DNA of 54,313 nucleotides, the filler included, from Asterionella formosa (Eukaryota): NCBI GenBank assembly GCA_002256025.1. It is 4 parts of 4 records of this genome, joined end to end, with 100 filler letters (N's around TTAATTAATTAA, not from the genome) between each part and the next. Parts side by side here need not be neighbours in the genome. Positions count along the whole stretch, not along the records: positions 13,617 to 27,128 come from NKIB01006637.1; positions 27,229 to 40,721 come from NKIB01006640.1; 2 more parts are not named here. One strand, written 5' to 3'. This document shows positions 25,119 through 37,172 of this stretch, piece after piece; within the stretch, counting starts at the first letter, position 1; every line of letters starts with the position of its first letter. The position numbers were made by a program, and so were the translations under genes. Below the pieces are notes generated by a model. That model ran no database searches. It was not told the DNA's origin and worked only from the letters and a program-made list of their open reading frames with translations.

Positions 25119-25787
25119 TCATGAAACTGTTGAATTTCGTTCGTGCAACATACGGTGATTGTCACGCCGTCGCGATACTTCTCGTCCCTGGTATTCACCC
25201 GACTCTTGCACTTTCGCTACGTGAAGACTTAGTTGCTGCCTATAAAACAATGCTGCCTTTGTCTTGTATCGCATAAGTGTAACGTTTTCCTTTGTAATTA
25301 CATCATTGCTGGTTCCATTGTTCGCCTCTCGACATAATTCATGACGAGTGAAAAATTCTTGTAGTTGCTCGTTACCACCTTCGAGCATGGCCAAAATTTC
25401 GCTGTGCAACCATTCGTCCATGGCTATCGATCGAACGCAAGAAACCTACTCGATGTAAAAGAATTCGATATACATGGTCAGAGCGTCAAAATAGAAGAAA
25501 TTGAAAAGGTCACACACACTGGTTCATCTCACCTGCACTCCCAAACTTCGATGAAGTCCACTACATTGCAAACAGAGCAGTGCCCCATAACTGACAGTCG
25601 CCCATTGCGGATCACTATCGCCACAGTCTATACAGCGATTATTTCCTCTGAGAGCCTTGAGCAAAATAAGAGAAGCGGGGGGGAAATTATGACACTTTCC
25701 ACTGGTGAGCTTGATCGTCTCAAGTTCCGTGCTTGCCATTTCTAAAACAGGAGCTTGTATTTGCATTTGTTGAGAAAGATCTTCCAT
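25119..25787 (-). CDS. ArfGAP-domain protein (193 aa), paralog; exons 25787-25533 and 25445-25119
   Basis: [60 protein letters not shown]; phase-0 intron GTGAGA...TAG. Start codon uncertain. Confidence 0.92.
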
Positions 25788-26276
25788 ATTGTCTGAGCTT
25801 AACAGGTCCTCTGCCGATATTTTTCTGCTTGTGAGAAGCACACGCACAAAGAGAACTAAAGGGTAAGTTGTAAATCAGAAAAGTGTAAGTATAGCAATGA
25901 TTGAATTTGGGTTCTTGACAACTCCTTCGGGCAAGCAACTACTACCGGTACTGGAGTCTACTGGTATTACTACTGCTGGTAACCTCATACAAACAGCAAA
26001 TAGGACTCGCAGCGGTGAGTAAAATTACTCATGTGACTTGTTCGGCCGAATGCCACCCATACTAGTTACCGGTAGTATTCCGACGGAAAACAACAAACAA
26101 CCGTGCGTACGAAGAGTACACCAGTAGACACATGCTAGTAATGGTCGTTGTGTCTTGCTTTGTACCTGGTACCAGGGTACCCCGATACCAGCAAGTTGCG
26201 GTCATATTGCTTAAATAAAAAATTTAATATATAAAGGATAAAGAAGGTGGGGAATTTTAGGTTAAATTAATTGCCC

Positions 26277-26438
26277 CTGAGGGTCATTTTAGGTTATTCC
26301 GCACCTAAAATTCAGGAAATGATTGAGAATATTTTCTCGTCCTACAGACAAATGTTGGTACAAGGCTACAGACGAAGTTAAACTTCCTTTTCAGTTCTTG
26401 GAATTTTAGGTGCGGGAAAACCTAATAATGACTCCCTG
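26277..26438. mobile_element. Small MITE-like element with ~40-bp imperfect inverted repeats
   Basis: GGGTCATTTTAGGTTATTCCGCACCTAAAATTCAGGAA pairs with TTCTTGGAATTTTAGGTGCGGGAAAACCTAATAATGACTCC. Confidence 0.6.
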
Positions 26439-27679
26439 CATTCAATACTTTTGTACAGTGTAAAACGGATGACGGATTCTGATGGTTCATACCGTACTTA
26501 GCTTGAGGTCGGTACGTGATGCATTGGATGTACCGGTACCAGGCAACAGGTACCTGATAGGCACCTGACATCGAGCATTGATGTACCGGTAGATAAATAG
26601 AGAATTATACTTGACGGTACTTATGACTTACTATGATATTATGGAGTATCAATACCGGTACGAGGTACCAGGTACCTGGTACCTGATGGATGCGCATACA
26701 TACATGTCAGTACGTACCGGTGTGTTGTAGAATCTTGTCGGCATGAACTTTTCTTTGTCCTTGTCATTAAATATTGCGAAACCATATGATCGGTCTACAT
26801 TTTGCCACGGCTCACCTTTGTCATTGCTAGCAACGGATGTGCTCATTTGTATGAAGCGATGATCGATTATCGCAGCAATCAACCGAAGTCCATGCTGTCT
26901 CGTCAATCTCTGAAATACTAGCTAGTAGTATGCAGCAAAATTGCGGGTGAACTTTGGGTTGTGGTATCTTGTGACAGTTGCATGTTGGTAATGCGACCAC
27001 CATTCTAACAGCTCGTTGCATGTGTGGATGTGATTTTAAAATAGAATGTTGATGACTAGATATCATGACAGCCATGAAAATGTTCGTTTGATTATGTAGT
27101 CGTCTGATTTATTCTGTTTACCATCCATNNNNNNNNNNNNNNNNNNNNNNNNNNNNNNNNNNNNNNNNNNNNTTAATTAATTAANNNNNNNNNNNNNNNN
27201 NNNNNNNNNNNNNNNNNNNNNNNNNNNNACCAGGTACCTGTTCTATTTATACTATGGGTACCAGGTACCACCAGTACTGGTACAGGTAATATGATGACGA
27301 ACGCTCAGGGCGGATGAGGATTGAATTCGGTTGGTGTCAGCTACTTCGTACTACCGGTAGGACGATACTTGGTAGGTACTCCTACACAAGAATGCATACA
27401 CCTGGTACTCCGACCAGGGTACAAGTACCTTGAAACTTTCCCGGGGTGCCAAACATGGGAACAATCCAATCCAGTGGCTACTGTACAATGATGTTTAATA
27501 GAATCTAGAATCAACCATGTACTGGTAGTCTACTAGAAATTAGTCAGTTTTATAGCCGATTCGTACTCCACTACCGGTACAACCTGTATTTCTATAGGAA
27601 TTTATTAATCATTGTACCAGGGTACTACCTGGTACCTGCCGACAAGACGTGTGCTTCCCTAGTTTTGTTTGTGTAGGTG

Positions 27680-27917
27680 AGTCCCCAACCACCTTTCGCG
27701 AAAGGTGATCACCTCAGCCACAGCATTAGGTGAAACTCCGACTGCATAGGAAGGCGGCACACGCTGCTTGTAGACTGTTTCTTGCACACCAGGCAAGACC
27801 ATGCAGAATGTTAAGGAGTGTCAGAGGCAAACACAACAATTGCTTCTCAAAAATAGAATCGAACCACACAAGCAACCTCAGATCAAAGGCAACATGCTAA
27901 ACCACTAAGCCATTCCC
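27680..27917 (-). mobile_element. Second tRNA-headed SINE-like element (3' boundary uncertain)
   Basis: Minus strand GGGAATGGCTTAGTGGTTTAGC ... GTGGTTCGATTC (A and B boxes, head similar to 10060); body differs; no clear TSD. Confidence 0.55.
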
Positions 27918-29908
27918 TCATGTACCTGTAGTCTCATATGACCATTAACAATGGACCAAACTGCTAAACTACAAATATACACTGGTAAAAAAAATCATTG
28001 TCATCATACAGGGAACTACTGGTAAACAAACGTTGGCTGGTTCATTGCTTGTACTCCAAGTAGCTGAGGTTTTATCGTGAAGATGCAGAACATACATGAT
28101 GAAATACCGGGAGGTACAGGACATTCCATACTTCCTCGCTATGTAGAAAACTTCTTGTGTGTATCATGCACAGACCTGGCTGTTTTTTCCCAAATATCTT
28201 GCGAAATTCTAGTTGTGCACTCTTTTGTGAAGATCACAAGAACTATAATTTCTTAAAGAAAGTGTGAGCTATTCCAAATATTGATTCCCTGACAATCCAT
28301 CTACAAATCACAATTTGCCACTCCTCAATCATCGCTACACATGTCCATAGAACTACCAATTTGAAGCTTTTCTTGCCCCTGCTGATCTTTTGATTGTAGC
28401 ATTCTTGCTTAAACAAACCCTCGCCAAATGGGTCTTTTTCTGGTTGCCGATGTCTGCTTTGAAATATGTTTCTTGCTTAAACTTCCATTTCTCCGGTTCA
28501 ATTGCAAGTTAACCCATTCCTCCTCCTCATATCATCGTTATCGCTGGTTCCGCAACAAGAAAGAGGAGGTATGAAAATGTACAACTGAGTGAGATTCTGT
28601 TGGACAAAGATATTCGACAATGTCCGATTTGCTGGTCATCACTTACTGTTAGGAGGTGTCAATGTTCGTTTGCAACATGAGGGACTACAGTTACAATTAC
28701 CTCACCTCCAAGCGGCTGCCTAAGCCCAACAATCAATCTGTGTGATGTTGTGAGACATCAATCAAAGCAAACGAGATAGCAAGGGCGACAATCACTGCAA
28801 CAACAACAATACAGATGATGTGCGCCAATCTCATATTTATGGTGAACTTGTATTGTTCACTATACATATGTACTGATAGCTTTATCATGTTGTTATGAGT
28901 GGCTGGGGGGGGACAAAGTCTACAAAGGTTGCTACATAAAAATATATGAGTGATGAATCTCCAAAGTTATAAAATGGCCATGATTTGTAATTTTCGACTT
29001 TATCTGTTGGCAAATCTTGGCAGCATTTTAGACTTCAGCTTTCTTCATATGAAGAAAGCTTAAATATGGAATGCTTCCAAGATTCGCCAAGAATGAAGAA
29101 GTTGAGAATCGAAACAACAGCAATGGACCCTTCATTTTTCATCACTTGATCGGCATCATGAAACAATATTAATGTAGCTATTAAAACGTAGGACTAACTA
29201 GGATTCTGTTTACAACAATTTTCAATTGCCCACTTTATCAACAAACATTTGAAGCACACAATGTTGCAAGTAATGTGCTCGATTTTGAGTACCGGTAGAA
29301 AACTGTTGTTAATATGCAGCACATAATATGTTCAAGCAACAAATATGCGGTTAGTACACAATACTCATTGTCACATGCTCCACTGTTATCAATTTTGGTT
29401 TCAACAAAACAGCCATTGACCATTTAGCTAACCAGTAAATAATGAAGAACAAGTTTCACACTGAGAGAGATCGAACAAAAAGACTTAAAAATACCCTAAA
29501 AGTGCGAAAAAGATCTTCAAGACCATAACGGCAAACAAAAGACTGCTGAACCATGGAGACATCTACAAAGAAACCGCAAAAGAAGTGGTGAACCCAGACA
29601 TGCAACATTTTCCTGCCTTTGTCTCCAGGTTTTTGCAGTCTTAAGCATTCATGTCTGGTTTTCTGTACTCTTTTGAGGTCTTTTGCAAACTTCGCATTCT
29701 TTTTGGAAAACATGATGCAAGGTCAAGTTTAGAAAAACATAATATTTGTACGTGTCTTTTCGTACTTCTGAGTTTCCGGCACCTCCCTGGTTACAAGTAC
29801 CATTAGTCTGGATTGACAATGCGTCTATATGTTCCTGTATGTACTCAGAGTACCAGGTAGAGTACTATTATTATTAATATCACAGAGAGTCAGTCCAATG
29901 GAATTCCT

Positions 29909-30238
29909 TTACATTGGCATCAATGTATACGTCTGAGTTTCCACAGTAGTAATACCCTCAATTGCCTTGAGTTTCTCCAAAAAGTCCGACTCTGGAGCGA
30001 ACCCAGTCTCCTCCCATTTTCCAAATTTGTCAGCGGCCAAGGAAGTAATGACTTTAAAATCCAAGCAACCTCCACAAATGACCCGTTGGACTGTTCCAAT
30101 TTGCTTGAGGTCCTGTAGAATCTCCACAAGTGCTGCTTGAGCGGCAATCAACGATGCCTTGTCATTCTCAGCTGACCATTTGCAACGCCACTCACGAGCA
30201 ACTGTATCAAATTCGACGCCGTCGGCAATGGTAATCAT
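29909..30238 (-). CDS. Small conserved-looking algal protein (109 aa) with a CGGC motif
   Basis: Clean ORF: EFDTVAREWRCKWS...VQRVICGGCLDFKVI...VETQTYT. I recall similar algal proteins of unknown function; not verified. Confidence 0.8.
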   Translation of the reverse strand: MITIADGVEFDTVAREWRCKWSAENDKASLIAAQAALVEILQDLKQIGTVQRVICGGCLDFKVITSLAADKFGKWEETGFAPESDFLEKLKAIEGITTVETQTYTLMPM

Positions 30239-30339
30239 AATGAACGAATGTCACTTTTCTTTTTTAGTAATAGTGATGATCAGAACAACAAAAAAACCGA
30301 TTTGGATGACAGCAGACTGCCTTTGCTGATACATATCGG

Positions 30340-30490
30340 ATACCTGGTACCGCCCGTACCTGGTACCGGTACCAGGTACTGTTACCTGGTGAGCACCGGT
30401 ACCTGGTACTGGTACCCTGGTACCTGGTACCATGTAGTTCCAGTTACCAGGTACCCGGTGCGTATTTATCCCGGTACCTGGTACCGGTAG
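30340..30490. repeat. Densest of many intergenic TA-CC(A/T)GG-TA / GGTACC chain clusters
   Basis: TACCTGGTACC...TACCTGGTACCGGTACCAGGTAC...TACCTGGTACTGGTACCCTGGTACCTGGTACC... Confidence 0.85.
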
Positions 30491-31006
30491 TCAACGGCAG
30501 ATCTGATAAAACACGTTTTCTCCTTCGAAAAAGATATATGAATAAATATCTCAACCACTGGCCCTTCCCCGGTCGTAATTTTTGAGTTGCTGTACACCTC
30601 CCTAGATTGGGCTTTAATAACTTTATCTTACCGGCAACCGTTTCGGTAGACGCGATGATGCTATCTATTCTACAAGTCCCCTTCTGCCGGTACAGAATAT
30701 GATATACCAGTTGTGCCTGGGAGTTCCGGTAAAAGGCGGTTACTACTATGAGAAAAACACAGCTAAATCTCTCTTTCACCACAACTTGTGTTGAATTATA
30801 TGGCGCCTACTCTAGCGCGATCCAGTACTGCCCTGGAATGACCGGTCATGGTACCAGTACACACATCATACATCATACCATCCTACACCACAGGTATTTT
30901 ACTACCGGTACCCTCTAGACGACGAAAAGACAAAGCGAGTACGGTATTCAATGTTTCAAATTGTTCTTTTATTCCGGCCAAGCCTTACAACATACCAGTA
31001 TTTGCC

Positions 31007-31791
31007 ATGATGAGCATCCCCTACCGCAAGGCTACCATTGAAAAGCCAGAAATCTCCGTTGCCCGAAATCTATCAAATGACATTCGAAAGAGAGTGAGAA
31101 TGGATGATATCGGTCTTCTTGAGACAAACGATGAAGACCAGATGAGATATCCTTCTACGCCTCATCCCGCCAAAAAGCAAAAAGGAATGTCCGATGACAG
31201 CTCAAAGGAACATGTTGGAAGAGTTGAAGTGGATATTCATAGTTCATCCTATGAGGTAAGTTTCAATTGCAAATGAATACTTTTGAATCAGATTTCATTT
31301 CTCATGGAAGCTTACATCACACGAAAAATCTGCATTCAAATTTCCCGCCAACACAGTCTCCTCCAGCCATTATCATGACCACTTCTTCGGATTCAGAAAA
31401 ATTGCCAGGAATTCCCGATGAAGATCCAGAATGGGATGAACTGATCAAGCACGAGCCTGCCAAAACTGATGTTCCTATCTTTTTAGCTGCACGAGATCGT
31501 CGTGATCAGTCGGATGAGCGGTTTGCTGCCATGCTAGATGAGTTCCATGCTTCCTACAAGGCTTCGACCGATGCATTACTGCAGTTCGCTGCAGACATTT
31601 ACGATATGCACAGAGAGAAATTGGACTTTATGGAAGGCAATGTCAAGCAGTCTATGGTATGGAATAATGAAACACGAGCAAGAATGGAGCAGACCGTTGC
31701 GGAATTGGCGACGACATCGCAAGGAGCCATTGCGGGTTTGCTCATGCGCCTCAATGGAGTTATGAAAAGAAATGAACAGAAAGAAATGTGA
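31007..31791 (+). CDS. Hypothetical protein (~227 aa) with helical/coiled-coil C-terminus; exons 31007-31255 and 31357-31791
   Basis: A phase-0 intron GTAAGT...ACAG joins two adjacent ORFs in frame. Confidence 0.7.
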
Positions 31792-32105
31792 TAGTATTCG
31801 AGTTAGGTATTTTAAAAGTTGGGGCAGATCATTTGACTTTTCCGAAAAAGCTGCTTGATGTAGACTTGTGCATTGTCGGGCTTGACGTCGTTGTTATTAC
31901 CTAATTGTTTACACATTGAAAGGCTAGATACAGTCAGCTGTCACCATGTAGGCAAACTAACTTGAAGACATCGAGCGAATGGAACACAGCAAGCTGTTCG
32001 TGCATAGCAAGTATACCATATACATGAAATTTTCTTTCGGCAACTATCTTTGCCAAAAGAAGCTGCAGACCATAAAAGAAGCAAGGCGCTTTCGTGTAGG
32101 CCCCG

Positions 32106-32615
32106 CTATGTCGATACTGTATCCGACGCTTCCGCTCGTTCATCGATTGGATCCAATGCTTTGTCCTGGTTCTTCACAAGGTGAATATCAGAAAAACCAT
32201 AAAACTCTTCATCACGAGAAGATCCAGTACTTGTTGAGCTCTTAACTGCACTCTTGAACGACGTATCCACTTCAACAAAATCATCTGTTGGATGTATTTC
32301 AGCTAATCTAAACGTCACCAAATTCACATTGAAACTTCCAATGGCGTCGTACCTCCGACGCTTTTCTAACGCCTTTCTTTGTCTCTTTTGAAATAAAAGT
32401 TGTTCCCTTCGGCTTCGCCGCCGTAACCATGCTTGCTCTCTCCGATGCAGGGCATCCGCCTTGGCAATGACAGCTGACCAATCAATTTCCTCCTCGTTCA
32501 AGATCATGGCCCACAGTTGCGATTGACCTACTTCTCGTTCCTCTTCCATCTTTCGTCCACCAGCATCAGTGTCACAAACGATGCAAGTTGCTAAACTAGT
32601 ATTTATATTTCCCAT
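32106..32615 (-). CDS. Hypothetical protein (169 aa)
   Basis: ORF starting MGN (possible myristoylation), basic helical segment, convergent with the previous gene. Confidence 0.6.
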   Translation of the reverse strand: MGNINTSLATCIVCDTDAGGRKMEEEREVGQSQLWAMILNEEEIDWSAVIAKADALHRREQAWLRRRSRREQLLFQKRQRKALEKRRRYDAIGSFNVNLVTFRLAEIHPTDDFVEVDTSFKSAVKSSTSTGSSRDEEFYGFSDIHLVKNQDKALDPIDERAEASDTVST

Positions 32616-33294
32616 TTTTGAGTGAGGTTTGTTCTTGTTGTTGTTCGAACCCCTCCCCCTCCCCCCCCAAAGAAGCTTTTGTATATTGTGGATTGGTGGC
32701 CCAGACGCTGTTGTCGAAACTCAAGCCACAAAAAATCGTTGGACAACGTCGTTGATGTTCTTGTTTGCGTGCAGTCTCTTATTGCACTTTTACTGGTCGC
32801 AATGAAAGTGTGTATGTTTCAATGCCCTTGAGACTTCCTTTCACACATAAACACGAAGCGTTGAGTGACGTTGTCAAGGCAGAGGTATTAAAATAATATG
32901 TGCTTGAGACAACGATTTTGGCAACGACGACGAGCAAACCCGCTATCTCCAAATTCATCATCACTCTGGATTGGTTTGGAGTCGACCATCTATGCATTAT
33001 ATATATATATCAAAAATTACCGCCTATTTTGTGAGTTGTCCGATCTACCGTGATCAGGCGCAAGGGACCATATAAAAGTCCTCAACACTGGATATAATCA
33101 ATATGCAATGATCTGCGCTTTGTCTGTTGAGGGCATTGGCTGGGGTCGTCCCACGACTGCTATTTCCTTCTACCAGTAGCTGGACAAGGTTTGTATGATA
33201 TTGTATGTACAAACCACCATCAGACATGGGACCAGGTACCTGGTCCCAGTACCGGGGGTACCTGGTCCTCCTACAGTACCAGGTACTCCGAGTG

Positions 33295-33378
33295 CCTGCA
33301 AGTTGCGGTAATTGTCCTTTAGCAATCTTTATCCTATATTAAATTGTTTATTTAAGCCAAATGACCGCAACTTGCTGG
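33295..33378. mobile_element. 84-bp mini-MITE with CC(A/T)GCAAGTTGCGGT TIRs
   Basis: CCTGCAAGTTGCGGTAATTG ... CAAATGACCGCAACTTGCTGG. Its right half matches, inverted, 26188-26245. Related ends at 16470 and 19945. Confidence 0.7.
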
Positions 33379-33411
33379 CACCTGGTACTGGTACCAGGTA
33401 CCGGGTCCTGG

Positions 33412-35538
33412 TGAAGTATCTAACTAGAAGTAGAACATAGTATTTGTTGAATATATGAGCCTATTAGTTAATCGATCCCCTAGGTTGACAAATAAGTATT
33501 CAAATAGGTGTTAGTCAAGTTCTCTCCTGATAGAGCTCTGATATATCTATGTAAACCTAACCCTATAGGTATGTCTGTAGTTGAGCAAGATCACTCACTC
33601 TCCCACACCAAGGGAAAACCTTTCACCTATGAAAAGGTTTGATATGACAAATATTAATTCGTTCAGTAGTAGGTATGATAATTAAGTGAGATCATGCATG
33701 GGATAAATTGAATCCTGCTATGCAATTGGAATATTTCCACATTTACAAAAAAGAGCAATATTCAGACCGTAATTACCCTGTAAATAACAAATGATATCCA
33801 GGTGATGACTGACATGAGACATATTCAATGTTTTGTCATGTCTATATAATAATAGCATTGCTATTGTTGCACATGTGCAATCTGTTCAGCATTTGGCTGG
33901 TTTTTGTTAGGCACATAGGCCACTTGCTGACAAACAGGAGGGTTCATGACCACTAAAATTTAGTGGGCAGATTCATAAAAGTCAGCAGGTATGGCCCTAG
34001 GCACAGTAACCTAACCAGACATCGTGTCATAGGGTTAGCCCATGGATTTTCAGAAAGAAATGCATGCAAGGCAGAAAACATGAATAGGGTTAGCCATGTC
34101 AATATGATAATTTGCTCTGTGTAGAATTTCCATGCAAGAGGAACAATAAGTGTGTTAGCAGTGTAAGTAGTCTTAGTAATAAAAATAACTTGAGGGGCCT
34201 TGTGTTTAGCCATTGGTTCACAACTGCATGCATGGCTGGCTGCGATCATGATTGCATGTGCACTGCCACAACCGCTTTGTGTAAAAATATTGTGTACAAC
34301 TTTTTATTTATTCACACACTTGTTTTCTTGATGCATTATACAATTCGTCACACTTGGTTTCTTGAAGCATTATATGGTTGCCTTCAACTTCAACTATATA
34401 AAGAAAATTTCGTGTTAAAAATTGACACAAGTCCCGCTTGGTTTCTTGATGCATCACATGATTGCCTTCAACTTTAACTATATCACGACAATTTCGTGTT
34501 ATAAATTGACACCAGTCCCACTTGGTTTCTTGATGCATCACATGATTGCCTTCAACGCTCTTGTATCATGGTAGAATCCATGCTAGGGGGATATGCTTAA
34601 GAAGGTCTTGGAATGATTATTGACTCTCAAAGTAATTCCAAACCGAGCAAATCCATTGGTCTGTGTTGCTTTCTTTTTACAATTCAAACTGCTGCTGCCA
34701 CACATCAAGCATAGCAGAGTAAACTGCAATCATCATCAAATCTTTCTTGGTTAAAGTCTCTTGATCTTTTGGATGATACACGAGCTTGAAGAGTCTATTT
34801 CTGGTTTTGAGACAGCATCCGAAAGTCCATTAAGAAATGCTGAATGGTGTTGTCAAATATCAGAGCATCCACTGATGCTGACACTGAAAAGCTATCCTGA
34901 AGAAGAAGAAGAAAAAGTTGCACATCCAACCATATCACCATGGCATCATCAAAACTTTTATCAGGCTGATCATCTGGGAGCACGACTTCAATGTTCATCC
35001 ATTCAGACAAGGTGATTTCTGTAAGGCACCTTTGTAATAGAAAGAAGGTATTTCTTGCTGGAGGTTAGACAAACAATGTCATGGAATTAGCTCACAGCAA
35101 TCAACAAAGCTTCCACGGAGTTCCATGAATCTCATCTTGCTTCTTGCTTGAAAGACTCAAGATGTCGAACTGGTGTGAATGAATGAAAGGTGATATTCTT
35201 GATGTTTAGTAAGTTGAAATCCTAGATCAAGCCCAATGGGACCACTGGGACTTGAGAATACATCAACATTGTTAATTCTAATTTGAGTCTTTTTGACTTC
35301 AAAGTGAAGTATCTAACTAGAAGTAGTAATATTTGTTGTATATATGAGCTTAGTAGTTAATCCTTGTGTGTAACTCAAAAATCTCCTAGGTTGATACCAC
35401 TAAAGTATTCAAATAGGCATTAGTCGAGTTCTCTCCTGGTCGAGTTCTCTCCTGGTCGAGTTCTCTCCTGATAGAGTTCAGATATTTCTATGTAAACCAA
35501 ACCCTATAGGTATGTCTGTAATTGAGCAAGATCGCTCA
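33412..35538 (-). mobile_element. Non-autonomous LTR retroelement (2127 bp); LTRs 33412-33597 and 35305-35538
   Basis: Both LTRs run TGAAGTATCTAACTAGAAG...GAGCAAGATC(A/G)CTCA (TG...CA). 5-bp TSD CCTGG at 33407-33411 and 35539-35543. Minus-strand purine tract GTGGGAGAG next to the 33597 LTR. Decayed gag-like text (SAMLDVWQQQF). Internal ~84-bp repeats at 34320-34556. Confidence 0.88.
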
Positions 35539-36191
35539 CCTGGTACTCTACCTGGTAACCAGAGCACCATACAGGGTCAACTGACATTGTCATCGGCATG
35601 TCATTCAATATACACATACATGGCTTTACCTGTATGTGTGGAATATTCCACATACTGGTACTCAGTACCAGGTACTCCTTGTACCAGGTACCAGGTACCA
35701 GGTGCTCCTTGTTGATTAATTTAATTGCATGACAGAACTGAAATTTATAGTAAAGTTTTGCATAATACTGTATCTGTAGCAATAAAAATAGATACACACT
35801 TTGGAGCAACAAAAAGTGTGTTGCTGGAAGCAACATATCACTGGTATGATGGCAATTGGGCTTGCAGCATATTCTTTCAATTTATATCTCTGTTAAGACC
35901 TGCTGGCCTAATTGTGAATTTTTTAGCTTCCTAGGAAAGCCATTGCTCTTGACAACCAGTATGGATTGAAGCAAGTTGAGTTTACTCTTGACAACCACTA
36001 TGGATTGAAGCAAGTTGATTATAGTTCCGCTGAGAAACAACTTGTTGCCATTGTTGTACAATGGAAAACGTTTATGAACAAAGGTCGTTCCCTTCTAGGA
36101 GTGCGATTTCTTGATGACAAAGTGACTGCATGCTCAGATATTTATTAGCTAGTTTTCACGTATCACAGAACCCAACCTGTAACAAGCCTCT

Positions 36192-37172
36192 CTATGGATT
36201 ATAGTTTCCCTCTGCAGAACAATTCTTCCAATCTGGTTCCGACAAAGCCTTATAAACCGTTTGATTGTATGTTACATTGGTCCATGGTGGATGAACTGTA
36301 ACTTGTTCTTGAAAGCACTTCATGTAGGGACAATATTGGTCCACACTCATATAATATGCATATGCACATGTCAGTTGAGGATCTCGGCCCCACGTCGAAA
36401 CTCCATTAATGTATTGTCCCCAACACCATGCCATGGCCATTCGGGACCACCATGTGTCAAAATTAAATTGCATCCCCACTAACCAGCCAGCAAACCAATG
36501 ATGAAAATGAAAATTGGGATGAGACATTTGCGGCACGAGCCAGACACTTGCTGCAAGTGTCAGTTCCACCAACTTTCTCATGACAAGTTTGTGCTGACGA
36601 GCGTATTGTACATGAAGAGCAATAATGGCAGTGGAAATAAGTAGAGCTGCAACCAAATAGAACCAAAGAGACAAAGGCCAGTGGCAGTGCATGTCATACA
36701 GGCTGACTGAATGCTGAAGAAACCCAAATGTGTATGAGCAACTTGTGTAGATGGATGCCATCAATGTGGTCAATGTCCAGGCCAAGTGATCAACCCCTTT
36801 TTGCTTGTAAAGTCTGCCAACGACGAAAAAGACCATGACGTCTAGCATCATGTTTCCCGCATCAAAGAGTAGCATATCCTGCAGCGAGAAATTGGCATCG
36901 TGTTCCCAGTCCATGAAACGAGCCAAATGGAACATGACGACAACGGCGAGCACGGTGATGGCGGTAAACTTTAGCAGGCGCACAGCTTCCACTCCATCCA
37001 AAATTTCCACGTCGTATATGCTATACCAATGGTCCGGGATCCAGTTGCGGTGCCATAGATCCGGTGCAACGATGCAGTCTTCCTCCTCGTCTTCTTTCAA
37101 TCCCACCAACTCGTAGGGCCCTTGTTGTTTCCGAGTCGGCTCAACTGCTGCAGCTTCTTCGTCGTCCGACAT
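36192..37172 (-). CDS. Multi-pass membrane protein (326 aa), unknown function
   Basis: Long ORF with several hydrophobic segments, a His-rich HPNFHFHHWFAGW motif and a Cys-containing C-terminus. Confidence 0.85.
   Translation of the reverse strand: MSDDEEAAAVEPTRKQQGPYELVGLKEDEEEDCIVAPDLWHRNWIPDHWYSIYDVEILDGVEAVRLLKFTAITVLAVVVMFHLARFMDWEHDANFSLQDMLLFDAGNMMLDVMVFFVVGRLYKQKGVDHLAWTLTTLMASIYTSCSYTFGFLQHSVSLYDMHCHWPLSLWFYLVAALLISTAIIALHVQYARQHKLVMRKLVELTLAASVWLVPQMSHPNFHFHHWFAGWLVGMQFNFDTWWSRMAMAWCWGQYINGVSTWGRDPQLTCAYAYYMSVDQYCPYMKCFQEQVTVHPPWTNVTYNQTVYKALSEPDWKNCSAEGNYNP

Noticed and set aside
28020..28860. Possible decayed coding sequence
   Set aside because: Stops in all frames examined and no motif I could assign.
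30248..30490. Short ORFs rich in VPGT/WYQVP/YRY (also 21371-21739, 37528-37776)
   Set aside because: By-products of the stop-poor GGTACC chains.
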